From Rhodospirillales bacterium (GTDB lineage Bacteria; Pseudomonadota; Alphaproteobacteria; Bin95): a stretch of DNA of 64,000 nt. Position 1 is the first letter of the stretch; each line of letters opens with the position of its first letter. A model generated the notes under the pieces. The model did not search any database. It saw nothing but the letters and a program-made list of their open reading frames with translations, and was not told the origin of the DNA. The position numbers and the translations under genes were made by a program. Below, piece after piece: positions 53,878 through 64,000 of this stretch. Location: contig JAYQLI010000035.1 of assembly GCA_038143065.1 (NCBI GenBank), forward strand, positions 1,664,894 to 1,728,893, read 5' to 3'.

Positions 53878-55005
53878 TTAAAAAGAGCAAACGTGGCCTG
53901 CCGCAATCATGGCCTTAAGTGTTGGAACCGGTCCATCTTCAGACAAAACTATCACATCTGCTCTCTGGCCTGACGCAATCCTACCCCTATCGCTGAGACC
54001 AAGAGCATCTGCAGCATGAGTAGAAACCAGCCCCCAACCCTCATGAAGAGGTATTTTGCCTTGGCTTGCTAAAATGAAGGGCGCATTCAACAAAGCAGGA
54101 TAATAATAGTCGCTCGCCAGCACATCACATAAACCCTTTGCCACCGCATCCGCGGCAGATTGAAGTCCTGTATGACTACCGCCACGCACAACATTCGGAG
54201 CCCCAGTACTATTGGATCCCCCAGCACTTTTGCTGCAGCAGCGGTGACATCTCCCATTGGGAATTCTGCGATATGACAACCAAGCTTGTGAAAATGCTGC
54301 CTGGTCTCTTCGTTAGCATCGTCGTGAGACAACATGGGGACACCTGCGTTTCGAGCAGCTTTTGCCAAATGCTCAATACCAGCTGCTTGCCCCTCATCCG
54401 CATCCCTTGCAACTCTCTCAAATAATGAAAGAAAGTCATCTAAGTTCATGCCAGATCGGCCAGCGTACACGCCCATTTTATCGGGGCTTTTTCTGTATCG
54501 GCGTATGTGAGGCAGATGGTCGTTAAAAGCGAGTGCATCTATACGTCCCTCCGCAATCCAGCCTGCCGTTTCCTCCACCATTCCAACATTTGCGGTTTCA
54601 AAGCGGAGGTGAAGACGAACATCAGAGGTATAGTGTGGCTTTAACCCCTCATGCACGCGCATAAATTCACGAAAGGCATCGGCGCTGCGAAGGCGGTTCC
54701 CATGAAAGCGTCACGCCGTGGTAGGCCGTTGTTATACCATTCGCGACGAGCTGCTTGTCCGTTTCCATCAAAGCAATATCGAGGGGAAAATGAACGCCCG
54801 GCCTTGGCATTAATTGGCGCTCGAATGCGTCACCATGAATATCAATGAGACCAGGTAAGACATACGCCCCACGCGCATCGATACGTTGACGCGTGGAATT
54901 AACGGTAGACCCAACGCTTGCAATTACACCGTCTTCAATGGCGACGCTAACGTCCTCAAAACCATCCGGCGTCAGCACACGACCATTCTCAATTAATACA
55001 TCCAT
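53878..55005 (-). CDS. phnM: PhnM-like alpha-D-ribose 1-methylphosphonate 5-triphosphate diphosphatase, frameshifts at ~54693 and ~54203
   Basis: PGLIDIHGD, GITTAYH, HLRFE, FNDH, SHDD, AEFP, GAPNVVRGGSH, SDYY, DRGRI. Confidence 0.88.
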
Positions 55006-55010
55006 ATTCC

Positions 55011-55975
55011 CTACTTCAAGGCAATTTTAGAAAGGCGTTCTGTTAATTTCATAGCTTCATTCATAATTTCGCGGATGACCTCACCTGCGGGCTTTACGCA
55101 AGCTGGATCATTCAACATGCCCGCAATCTGACCAACAACGGCCTGATGTTGACCATCATATGTGTCATCTTGATGACGGCCCTTCCTGACGATCCGTTGA
55201 AGGCGCTTTAACTCGTCTTCCGCAGCTCCAGAAAGCCTCGCAGCCTCAAAGGCCTTTACTTCAGGGGTTGCAAACGCACGGACTGTTTTTCCCGTCAGGC
55301 TTTTCGAGACAATTGTCTCTTCCTCACTTATTTTCAAAATTGCATCTGAATACCAGCGACCTCCTGCACTCTCAGTCGTACAAATCAGTCGAGTGCCAAG
55401 TTGAACTCCTGCAGCACCCATAGCCATCGCCGCAAGGAAACCCCTTGCGTCACCAATTCCACCAGCAGCGACCACTGGCACCTTCACTGCATCAATTACC
55501 ATTGGCAACAAAGGCAAGGTTGCCACCGAACCTACGTGACCACCCGCCTCAGACCCTGACGCTACAATCGCATCAGCCCCCTCCGCCTCCAACCTCAGAG
55601 CGTGTCGGACGGTAGGCACAACGGGTATCACCTTTATGCCAACGTTTCTAAGATCACTAACAGCACGAGGACCCGGATCACCGAGACCAGTTGTAACGAC
55701 TGACACTTTCATGTCGATGCAAATAGCAGCCCTTCTTTCAGTAAATTTGGCGCCTAAGGGTGTTATGTTTACGCCGAAAGGCTTTTAGTCAGGGCCTGCG
55801 TCTCTTCAATTTGTCGAACAAGGTCCTCTTCGCGCTCTCCGTAGGTTGGTAAAACGCCAAGACCACCTGCCTCTGAAACTGCCGCTACAAGCTTGGGTTT
55901 ACCCGCGCCTTGCATAGCGCCTTGCAGGATTGGAAACTCAATCTCAAGGAGATCACATAATTCTGTATGAAACAT
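55011..55975 (-). CDS. Nitronate monooxygenase / FabK-like FMN oxidoreductase, frameshifted at ~55783-55786
   Basis: PILQGAM, VAAVSEAGGLG, restored KPFGVN, EAGGHVG, AAGGIGD, GVQLGTR. Confidence 0.88.
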
Positions 55976-56131
55976 ATCCTCAACCGATTGGACTTGTTGG
56001 TTACACCAGTATATCTCCAACATCGTCGTGAATGGGAGTTTTATAGATGTCTAGCATGGAAATACGGGAGCGATGTCCGGCGGCCTGATATTTTATCAAC
56101 CGCCTTCTCCGCTTTAGGAAAATAATCAACG

Positions 56132-57472
56132 ATGCAGCTCTACAATTCTCTAGCCGCCGAAAAACAGACTTTTGAACCGGCAGACCCAAGTCGCGTAACG
56201 ATGTACGTGTGCGGGCCCACGGTCTACAACTTTGCACATATCGGTAATGCTAGGCCCGCAGTCGTCTTTGACTTGCTCTACCGCCTTCTCCGCCGACGCT
56301 TCGGTCCCGAGCACGTGGTCTACGCCCGAAATATTACGGACATTGACGATAAAATGATGGCCGCTGCCAAGGAAAGGGGAATAAAAACTTCAGATGTGGC
56401 TGCTGAATTCGAAGCAGCTTATCTGGCAGACATGGGCGCCTTGGGCGTGATGGCGCCAGACATCGATCCTCACTGCACGCACCACGTCCCCGAAATGATT
56501 GCCATGGCGGAAACTTTGATCGCCAAGGGCCACGCCTACGAGGCTGAGGGCCATGTTTTATTCAGCGTTCCTTCCTTTGACGACTATGGAAATCTCTCCA
56601 GACGCAGTCGAGATGAACAGGTGGCAGGCGCTCGCGTTGAAGTAGCACCCTTCAAACGTGATCCAGCTGATTTCGTTCTATGGAAGCCAAGTAGTGACGA
56701 TCAGGATGGATGGGAGAGCCCGTGGGGTCGAGGACGGCCAGGTTGGCATCTAGAGTGTTCGGCAATGGCCGAGAAACACCTTGGCGATGTAATCGATATT
56801 CACGGCGGCGGGGCAGATCTGAAGTTTCCCCATCACGAAAATGAGATCGCCCAAAGTCGATGTGCTCACGGGGCTGACGCGTTTGCGCGATACTGGATGC
56901 ACAACGGCTTCGTGAATGTCGATGCTGAAAAAATGTCAAAATCAATAGGCAACGTTTTGCTCGCCAGGGATTTATTGAATGAGGCTCCAGGTGAAGCGAT
57001 CCGATGGGCATTACTCTCTGCCCATTATCGTCAACCTCTTGATTGGAGCGACACACTGCTTAACCAATCGAAGCGTAATTTGGACAGGCTCTATCGTACG
57101 ATGGATGGCCTTCCTGAGGGTGCTACAGCAGAGCCACCAGCAGCCGTCCTCGCCGCTTTAGAAGATGATCTCAACACGCCCGCCGCCTTCGCGGCTTTGT
57201 TTCAGTTCGCACGAACGGCAAAAACGGCTGAAGACAGAGCAGCAATAAGAGCAGCTGGTGACCTCTTAGGCGTCCTTCAGGAAACTCCTTCAGAGTGGTT
57301 ATCAGGAGGTGCAAAGGTCGATCCAGCTGAAATAGAGCGATTAATAGAAGAGCGCCTTGAAGCACGTAAATCAAAAGACTTTGCAACTGCCGACCGCATA
57401 CGCGATGAACTTGCCGCCAAAGGCGTTGTCTTGGAGGACGGCGCTGGAGGAACGACTTGGCGGGTTGGATAA
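56132..57472 (+). CDS. cysS: Cysteine--tRNA ligase
   Basis: [36 protein letters not shown]. Confidence 0.99.
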   Translation: MQLYNSLAAEKQTFEPADPSRVTMYVCGPTVYNFAHIGNARPAVVFDLLYRLLRRRFGPEHVVYARNITDIDDKMMAAAKERGIKTSDVAAEFEAAYLADMGALGVMAPDIDPHCTHHVPEMIAMAETLIAKGHAYEAEGHVLFSVPSFDDYGNLSRRSRDEQVAGARVEVAPFKRDPADFVLWKPSSDDQDGWESPWGRGRPGWHLECSAMAEKHLGDVIDIHGGGADLKFPHHENEIAQSRCAHGADAFARYWMHNGFVNVDAEKMSKSIGNVLLARDLLNEAPGEAIRWALLSAHYRQPLDWSDTLLNQSKRNLDRLYRTMDGLPEGATAEPPAAVLAALEDDLNTPAAFAALFQFARTAKTAEDRAAIRAAGDLLGVLQETPSEWLSGGAKVDPAEIERLIEERLEARKSKDFATADRIRDELAAKGVVLEDGAGGTTWRVG

Positions 57473-57585
57473 ACCGTTAATGAATCATCGCGCTGGACTA
57501 AAAACTCTAGCCACACCCCGCAGCCCCTAGCATCTAAACCCACCATGAGAGATGATCATCTCGGATCACGAGAGGAACATTTTTC

Positions 57586-58353
57586 ATGGACATAAAAGGC
57601 AAGACGGTAATCGTGACGGGGGCAGGATCTGGGATCGGCTTTGCCCTCTCAAAAGCGCTGATTGCTGGTGGCGCAAAAGGCGTAGCAATGGCCGACTTAA
57701 ACGCGGAAAATCTCAAAATTAAAGCTTCAGAAATCGGCGGCCTAGCAATTCCGACAGATGTTTCAGACGAGGCAGCGGTTATAGCCCTTGTAGACAAGGC
57801 TGAAGCAGAAATTGGACCCGTTGACCTTTTCATCTCAAATGCCGGCATTAGTCCTAAGCCGGTTCGTGACGACAATGAACATTGGGACCAGCAGTTCCGC
57901 GTTCACGTAATGGGACACGTCTTCGCCGCTCGCACAACTGCCCCAAGAATGGCGGCCCGTGGGGGCGGCAAACTCGTCAATGTCGCATCAGCGGCAGGAA
58001 TGCTGATGCAAATGAATTCGGCCGTTTACACGGCAACAAAGCATGCAGCTTTGGGGCTCGCAGAGTGGCTGGCAGTCGAGTGGAAGCCAAAAGGCGTATC
58101 CGTCTCAGTCGTCTGTCCACTGAGGGTCTCAACGCCAATGACAGACGGGATGCCAGATTCAGGCACCGTGCGAGATGGCGTTATCTCGGCAGATGATGCA
58201 GCAGAAACAATTCTTGAAGGCATCGCAGATGACCGTTTCATGATCCTCACGCATCCAACTGCCGGCATGTATTGGGCAAAAAAAGCCGCCGACCCAGAAA
58301 GATGGATCGACGGCATGTCTAAGCTAAAGCAGAAAATTTCAGGCGGTAATTAA
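57586..58353 (+). CDS. Short-chain dehydrogenase/reductase
   Basis: TGAGSGIG, SNAG, YTATK. Confidence 0.93.
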   Translation: MDIKGKTVIVTGAGSGIGFALSKALIAGGAKGVAMADLNAENLKIKASEIGGLAIPTDVSDEAAVIALVDKAEAEIGPVDLFISNAGISPKPVRDDNEHWDQQFRVHVMGHVFAARTTAPRMAARGGGKLVNVASAAGMLMQMNSAVYTATKHAALGLAEWLAVEWKPKGVSVSVVCPLRVSTPMTDGMPDSGTVRDGVISADDAAETILEGIADDRFMILTHPTAGMYWAKKAADPERWIDGMSKLKQKISGGN

Positions 58354-58368
58354 ACCGCCTTATGATCG

Positions 58369-59432
58369 TTAAACGACGGCCACTCCATTTGCCGGGGAGC
58401 CAACAGCGCCCGGCAAGCGGATTGGTGGACAAACAGCAAAAAACTTGCTGCGCTTATTAGCCTTCAGGAACTGCGCCAGCTCCGTCAAAAACCAAATTTC
58501 ACCGAGGGGGACGCCGAGCTTAAAGAGGCAGTGCTGGTGCAGAGGGCTATTTGCGTATGTTTTGCCTGGAGCTGGACGCGCAGGGCTCTGCTCAACTGCA
58601 TAATTGTCTGCAATCATCGCAGCAACACCCGAATCAGTGATCCACTGAAGGAGTTTGTCGTCACGGCCATCAAGCGTCGCGCACGACTGATGCATCTGCT
58701 CGTGCGTAGGGTTCTTGCCTGCTTCTAGGATCACATCCGCAAAGCCCGTGTAAAAAAACATCAAGTCCCCAGCCTCAGGATGTGCATCTTGATCATCCAT
58801 AGCCTTCATCAGCATGTCGTAAGTTACGAGTTTGCGCTCCCGCCCAACGACATCAAATAGATTTACAAGATTACCTCTTCCAACAACGCCGTGCTCTGCA
58901 AAGGTATCGATACCCAATTTCCGAGCGCCCATTGGGCGTTCTTCTGGAGTACTTGAACCATCATCGTTGTAGATGACGGGACCAATAACATCCTCTCCGC
59001 CCTTGTAACCGTTGTAGTATCGGATCTCTGGGATCCCGTCCTCATCCGCATCAAATAACTGTCCCATATGGGCAAAACTGTCCCACTGAGAGGAGTATTG
59101 AAGTGTCATAGTTACCCTGTCATCGCAGCCAACATCGATATGAGCAGGGTTGTCCATCTTCAGGGGGTAATTGTAGCGAGGCGTACCGGATCCGCATCAA
59201 CTGTAGGTTCTAATTTTGGAGGAAAGCGGCGAGGGTTCAGCACATTACCGCCAGGATAATCTAGCGGCAGAGACAAGCAGAAACGCTGACCCGTCGTGAT
59301 TTCCTTGGCCGCTTTAAGAACAGCATCGGATGTCAAAAGGTTCAAGCGACCAAGTTGGTCGTCAGGACCCCAATCTCCCCAGGTCGAGCCTTCCGGGCGG
59401 CGGGTCCAACGAGGATTTGTAGGCTGGCTCAT
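58369..59432 (-). CDS. Cyclase family (kynurenine formamidase-like) metal-dependent hydrolase, frameshifted ~59190
   Basis: WGDWGPDDQLGRLN, LSLPLD, QYSSQWDSFAH, ADNYAVE, HQHCLFKLG, GAVGSP. Confidence 0.87.
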
Positions 59433-59566
59433 TTAACGCTTCCTTTTAATGCAATTTAAGCAACAGTCTTGCGCCATAAAATGGACAAGACAATGGGGTA
59501 ATATCTGCGATTAGATCACCCTATACTGCTTTAGCAGCCCGTTGCTTGAGATGCTTTATTTTTACC

Positions 59567-60831
59567 TCAAGGAGCGATGGAAATTGCCTTCTCAAAAAAG
59601 TCAGGGGCGCCAAAATTTCCTGACTTAAGCGCGAGGGCCAACGGCTGACCAACGGCTGAACACCAAGGAACTCCAGGGTCAATTTCCCTGCCAATTCGAA
59701 GGGCCTCCACACCAAGGCGCTGAACTACAGCCCCTGAAGTTTCACCGCCAGCAACAACGAGACGCCGCGCGCCCAATTCACAAAGCCCCGCAGCGACTGC
59801 TGCCAGGGCCTCTTCAACCAGGGCCCCCGCCTTGTCGCGGCCTATCTTAGCCTGGGCGGCACGAACTGCCTCTGGCTCAGCAGTCGCGTAAACTAGCAGA
59901 GGTCCATCCGCCAACTTTGAACTAGCCCAGACTAGCGCCTCGGTAGCCAGATCTCGTCCCTCAGCTAATGCTAGTGGGTCTATCTGAAATGCTGGGTGCT
60001 TTTCTTTAAATAAGCGTACCTGCTCGTTGGTAGCCCGACTACAACTTCCAGAAATTACAGCACTCATTCCCCCTACTTCAGGCAACTCTACTGCTGCACC
60101 AGTAGGCTCGAAAAGGCCAGCCGCCTCCAAGGCTGAAGGAATACCCACTGCAAGTCCTGAGCCCCCGTTAGCAGGGGATGATCAACTGAAGCTTCAGCAA
60201 GTACCCTCAAGTCTTCTTCATCTGTCGCATCAGCAATTACGAGTGATTTGCCTTCACTCAAAAGTGTTTTGAGCGCTGCTTCAACTGCATCCGAGCCCTT
60301 CCGAATAGATCGGTAGTCAACCAAGCCCACTTCCCGCTTCGATTGAGATGCTAGCACTCTGACAAGGCTTGCATCCGTCATAGGCGTTAAAGGGTGATCC
60401 TGCATTCCACTCTCATTAAGCAGGACATCACCCGCAAAAAGATAGCCCTTGAAAACAGTTCTCCCATTCTCCGGGAAAGCGGGGCAGGCAATAGCTTGTT
60501 GAGCCTCCAGTGCATCCATCAAAGCCTCAGCGACGGGGCCTATGTTCCCGCTTTCGGTAGAATCGAATGTTGAGCAGTACTTAAAATAGAAACGCTTAGC
60601 ACCGCCCGCCTGAAGCCATTTCAAAGCGTCAAGAGACTGCTGAATTGCATCCTCACGAGGGATTGTTCGCGATTTAAGGGCAACAATGATCGCGTCAGCT
60701 TCAATCTCGGAAGCTGGTTGCGTGGGCACGCCAATCGTTTGAACGGCTCTCATTCCAAAGCGCGCCAGCATTCCAGCTAGATCCGTTGCCCCCGTGAAGT
60801 CATCCGCTATACAACCAAGCACAACGGTCAT
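59567..60831 (-). CDS. otnK: 3-oxo-tetronate kinase (DUF1537), frameshifted at G-run ~60162-60166
   Basis: IADDFTGATD, ALKSRT, FKYCSTFDST, HPLTPM, SGSCS, AGGETSG, LKSGNFG. Confidence 0.9.
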
Positions 60832-61730
60832 GATTTTTCTCCTTCACCCTCTGGAAGATCAATGCCAGTAAGTTTCTGAAAAACCTTAATCACGGCACTA
60901 TCGTTTTCTCGGCCATGCCCGCCAGCACTTGCAGCTAAAAACTGCTGGTGCGCGGTAGCTGCTAGCGGCAGTGGGAAGGTCATGTTGCGTCCCGCATCCA
61001 GCACGATACCAAGATCCTTCACGAAGATATTAACAGCACTCTTAGGCTGGTAATCGCCGTCAAGGATACTTGGACCACGGTTCTGGAACATCCAAGAGCC
61101 GCCTGCAGAATTACAAATCACTTCATAAACAGTGTTTAGGTCAGCACCTGAGCGAGATGCCAGAGCAAAGGCCTCCGCCATAGCCGCGATGTGAACGCCA
61201 GCGAGAAGTTGATTGATCATCTTTACAACGGAGCCCTGCCCCGCCTGATCACCCAATTGGTAAACCTTCTCAGAAATAGCATCCAGAAGAGGCCGCGCTT
61301 TCTCAAAGGCCTCTTTTGGCCCAGAGGCCATCACGGTCATTTCTCCAGCTGCAGCCTTCACAGCACCACCAGAAACGGGCGCATCCAAGAAAAGCAGTCC
61401 CATTGCCCCCAAGCGTTCGGAAAGTTTTGGCGGAAAATCTGGAGGGCTCGTAGCGCTAGCAAGAACAACAGCGCCTGGTGCAAGAACTGCCGCCGCACCA
61501 TTTTCACCGAAAAGAGCATCTTCCATTTGCTGGGCATTTATGACGAGAAGCAGCACTGCATCTGCAGGGCCAATTTCCACGGGCGTCGAAACGGCCTTGC
61601 CACCGCCAGCCTCAAAAGCGGCTCGCGCCTCAGAAAACACATCACAACCAATAATATCCAAACCAGCGGCGAGGCAGGATTTGGCAGCCCCCATCCCCAT
61701 CGCGCCTAATCCAATGACACCAACTCGCAT
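60828..61730 (-). CDS. ltnD: L-threonate dehydrogenase
   Basis: GLGAMGMG, DAPVSGG, KMINQLLAGVHIA, SWMFQNR, SAVNIFVKD. Overlaps the otnK start. Confidence 0.85.
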   Translation of the reverse strand: MRVGVIGLGAMGMGAAKSCLAAGLDIIGCDVFSEARAAFEAGGGKAVSTPVEIGPADAVLLLVINAQQMEDALFGENGAAAVLAPGAVVLASATSPPDFPPKLSERLGAMGLLFLDAPVSGGAVKAAAGEMTVMASGPKEAFEKARPLLDAISEKVYQLGDQAGQGSVVKMINQLLAGVHIAAMAEAFALASRSGADLNTVYEVICNSAGGSWMFQNRGPSILDGDYQPKSAVNIFVKDLGIVLDAGRNMTFPLPLAATAHQQFLAASAGGHGRENDSAVIKVFQKLTGIDLPEGEGEKS

Positions 61731-61734
61731 AATC

Positions 61735-62454
61735 TTATCCTTCTCTACCCTGCGCTCTCAGGTAACCGTTACGAAAACGCTCGCGCTCCTCTGGATCATA
61801 AATTCCAGCCGGCCGCTTTCGCGTCGCAAGGGTTGCGTAATATGGAGCACGCTCAATTAAAAAGTCATCCAGCATTTTTGAAAGTGCTGCCGTTGGCTCA
61901 TCCGCATCATCCACACGCAGGTCGATCCACGGCCAATGCTCCGACGTGACAATCTTTATTGCTGCGGATTGCTTGCCCCTCCTATCACCACCAGCCTCTT
62001 CGCCAGCGATCAGTGCATCAAGGAGCCTACGAGCAAAAGGCTTGTCGCCCCCACTGCTCCATACGGCCAATGTTTCAGATACAACTTCTGGTCGTTCCAA
62101 CATATTCCCAGCGACGGAGACACCATCCCCCAACAAATGTCCGCACCAATCAATGCACTGGGAACCCGTGAATGCAAAAGCGTTTCCCTCTGCATCTACA
62201 CCGTGAACCTGACGCCAAGCATGTCCTTCATCTGCCGCCGTTACAGAATTGATTGCTGCCTTAACACTCTCTCCACTTAGCACCCGCTCCAAAATAAGGG
62301 GCCCGTATAGGGGATTAGTTAGGGATTGGGTGGATATCGCGCCTACGCCGGCCTTCACCCACGGACAAAGGGAACCGACTGCCAGCACCTTTGATGCGGC
62401 AGCTACGCCAAAGCCGCCTGTAGCGGCATCTTTTGCAACGATGGACCAAGTCAT
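61735..62454 (-). CDS. DUF1028 (Ntn-hydrolase-like) protein
   Basis: MTWSIVAKD...GVAAAS, GAISTQ, AGNML, GGDRRGKQSAA, DLRVDD. Confidence 0.88.
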   Translation of the reverse strand: MTWSIVAKDAATGGFGVAAASKVLAVGSLCPWVKAGVGAISTQSLTNPLYGPLILERVLSGESVKAAINSVTAADEGHAWRQVHGVDAEGNAFAFTGSQCIDWCGHLLGDGVSVAGNMLERPEVVSETLAVWSSGGDKPFARRLLDALIAGEEAGGDRRGKQSAAIKIVTSEHWPWIDLRVDDADEPTAALSKMLDDFLIERAPYYATLATRKRPAGIYDPEERERFRNGYLRAQGREG

Positions 62455-62505
62455 AGTCTCCCGCATACGATGGACATCAAACACCCGCAAGCTGGAGTTT
62501 GCCCG

Positions 62506-63380
62506 ATGGCAGAACAATTTGGTCTTTCTGATGATGAATACTTCTCGCGCAAGACAGTCTATCGAGATGATCTCTTCGAGGGACAAGTCGTTGTTGTGAC
62601 TGGCGCTGGCTCTGGACTTGGCAGAGCAACGGCAATTCTATTTGCCCGCCTTGGAGCTAAGGTGATCACATGCGGACGCGACCAAGAAAAACTCAAGGAT
62701 GCTGCAGAAGGTTTTGCTAAAAACGGAAAGCTTCTTGAAACCTCTGCCCTTTCGATTCGCGACGTAGATGCAGTTGACACCTTCATAAACGACGTATTCG
62801 AATGCCATGGTCGCCTGGATGTACTTGTAAACAATGCTGGCGGTCAGTTCCCCTTGGCCGCAAACAAAATTTCGCCAAATGGTTGGCGGGCAGTCATCGA
62901 TACAAACCTAAATGGCACGTGGAACATGATGCAGGCGGCTGCTCGTCAGTGGCAAAGCACTAAGATAAGCGGGAATGTCATCAACATAGTTGCTGATATT
63001 TGGCGCGGCATGCCGCAAATGGCGCACACAGCCGCCGCGCGCGCGGGAGTGATTTATGCCTCTAAGACGGTTGCAGTAGAGTGGGCAGAGTTGGGCGTGC
63101 GGGTGAACTGCCTCGCCCCAGGCTGCTGCGAAAGTTCAGCATTTGGCCGTTATCCACCGGCAGGTGCTGAAAGCTTCACGCAATCCAATCCAATGCTGCG
63201 GGCAGGCGACGAGTGGGATGTAGCGGAGGGTGCATCTATTTAGCATCAGATGCCGCTAAATTTGTGACGGGGGAAGTTTTAACCATCGATGGCGGGCAAC
63301 AACTTTGGGGAGATCCGTGGCCCGGCGGCAGACCCGAGCGATTTGAACTCGACTACTCGCGCTCTCGCATCGAAGATTGA
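62506..63380 (+). CDS. SDR oxidoreductase (trans-2-enoyl-CoA reductase / AtuB-like), frameshifted ~63229
   Basis: TGAGSGLG, NNAGGQF, HTAAARAG. The shifted frame gives IYLASDAAKFVTGEVLTIDGGQQLWG to TGA 63380. Confidence 0.88.
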
Positions 63381-63500
63381 TTGTTAGGATTGCCTAACGA
63401 CAACATCTTACTTCACTAAATGGCATCAATGGGTTGCATTTAGCATGCCATTCATGGCCTCCTGAGTTTTCGAGTTTCAAATAAAGAAGGAAGAATAGAG

Positions 63501-63860
63501 ATGGCTATCCAAAGAATTGAAGTAACCACTGGACCTGGCCCTCGGATGAGCCGCTGCGTCGTCAATGGCGATACGGTCTACGTTTGCGGGCTAACAGCGT
63601 CCGACACGTCGGCAGATGTGAAGGGACAGACACAGCAGATCCTAGATAAAATTGACCATTACCTGAGCGAAGCGGGCACAGATAAATCAAAGCTCCTGCA
63701 GGCGCAGTTGTGGATTACCGATATGGCAAACTTTGCCGACATGAATTCAGTTTGGAATGCGTGGGTTGATCCAGAAAACCCGCCAGTTCGGGCATGCGTG
63801 AAGGCAGACCTTGCTCGCCCAGAAATCCTCGTCGAAATAATGGTAACGGCGACAAAATAA
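63501..63860 (+). CDS. RidA/YjgF family protein
   Basis: RMSRCVV, MNSVWNAW, PPVRACV, LVEIMV. Confidence 0.93.
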   Translation: MAIQRIEVTTGPGPRMSRCVVNGDTVYVCGLTASDTSADVKGQTQQILDKIDHYLSEAGTDKSKLLQAQLWITDMANFADMNSVWNAWVDPENPPVRACVKADLARPEILVEIMVTATK

Positions 63861-63885
63861 AAAGGCCAAAGGCGGAGTACGATAC

Positions 63886-64000
63886 ATGTATCGGGTTGGG
63901 GTTGATGTTGGCGGCACATTTACTGACGTAGTCGCCGTGCACGATGACGGCAGCGTAACGCTTGCAAAGGCCCCATCCACTCCAGAGGATCAATCCATTG
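63886..64000 (+). CDS. Hydantoinase/oxoprolinase A family protein, 5' fragment (second paralog)
   Basis: Manual translation MYRVGVDVGGTFTDVVAVHDDGSVTLAKAPSTPEDQSI runs off the window. Confidence 0.85.
   Translation, partial: MYRVGVDVGGTFTDVVAVHDDGSVTLAKAPSTPEDQSI

Noticed and set aside
11230-63240. Programmed ribosomal frameshifting or phase variation at the homopolymer breaks
   Set aside because: The runs are short (about 3-6 nt), there is no shared slippery motif, and the affected genes are unrelated metabolic enzymes. The pattern fits long-read indel error.
63435-63450. Sigma54-like TGGCATGCTAAATGCA on the minus strand
   Set aside because: It points away from ridA into the 3' end of the SDR gene, with no gene to drive. 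Probably chance.
511-63993. Numerous 60-180 aa ORFs antisense to or overlapping assigned genes (e.g. 867..1259, 25171..25710, 33994..34485, 61191..61709)
   Set aside because: These are shadow ORFs of real genes on the opposite strand or in another frame, with no recognisable motifs.
1-64000. CRISPR arrays, IS elements, prophage or defence genes
   Set aside because: I saw no spaced direct repeats, transposase, integrase, phage or nuclease-like ORFs by eye. Nearly all of the sequence is accounted for by metabolic genes.

Overview
Gene-dense chromosomal segment of a probable marine alphaproteobacterium (inferred from the fabI-aroC, mgtE/tRNA-Leu/lipB, TRAP and urt-ure gene content). It holds housekeeping genes (fabI, aroC, mgtE, lipB, glcB, acs, cysS, frmA), a ~15 kb catabolic cluster of unknown substrate (6.7-21.8 kb), a sigma54/NtrC-type urtABCDE-ureDABCEFG operon, a korCAB-type oxidoreductase and many orphan catabolic enzymes. 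I found no mobile element or CRISPR array. About 14 frameshifts (mostly in homopolymers) and 5 in-frame stops break otherwise intact genes, which points to long-read sequencing error. One further in-frame UGA (16433-16435) is different. It sits exactly at the selenocysteine position (U-P-V-C) of a stand-alone PrdB/GrdB-like protein and is followed by a bacterial SECIS-like hairpin. The gene is translationally coupled to a class III CoA-transferase, and no PrdA/Grd partner genes are in the window. This is the best candidate for an uncharacterised system.
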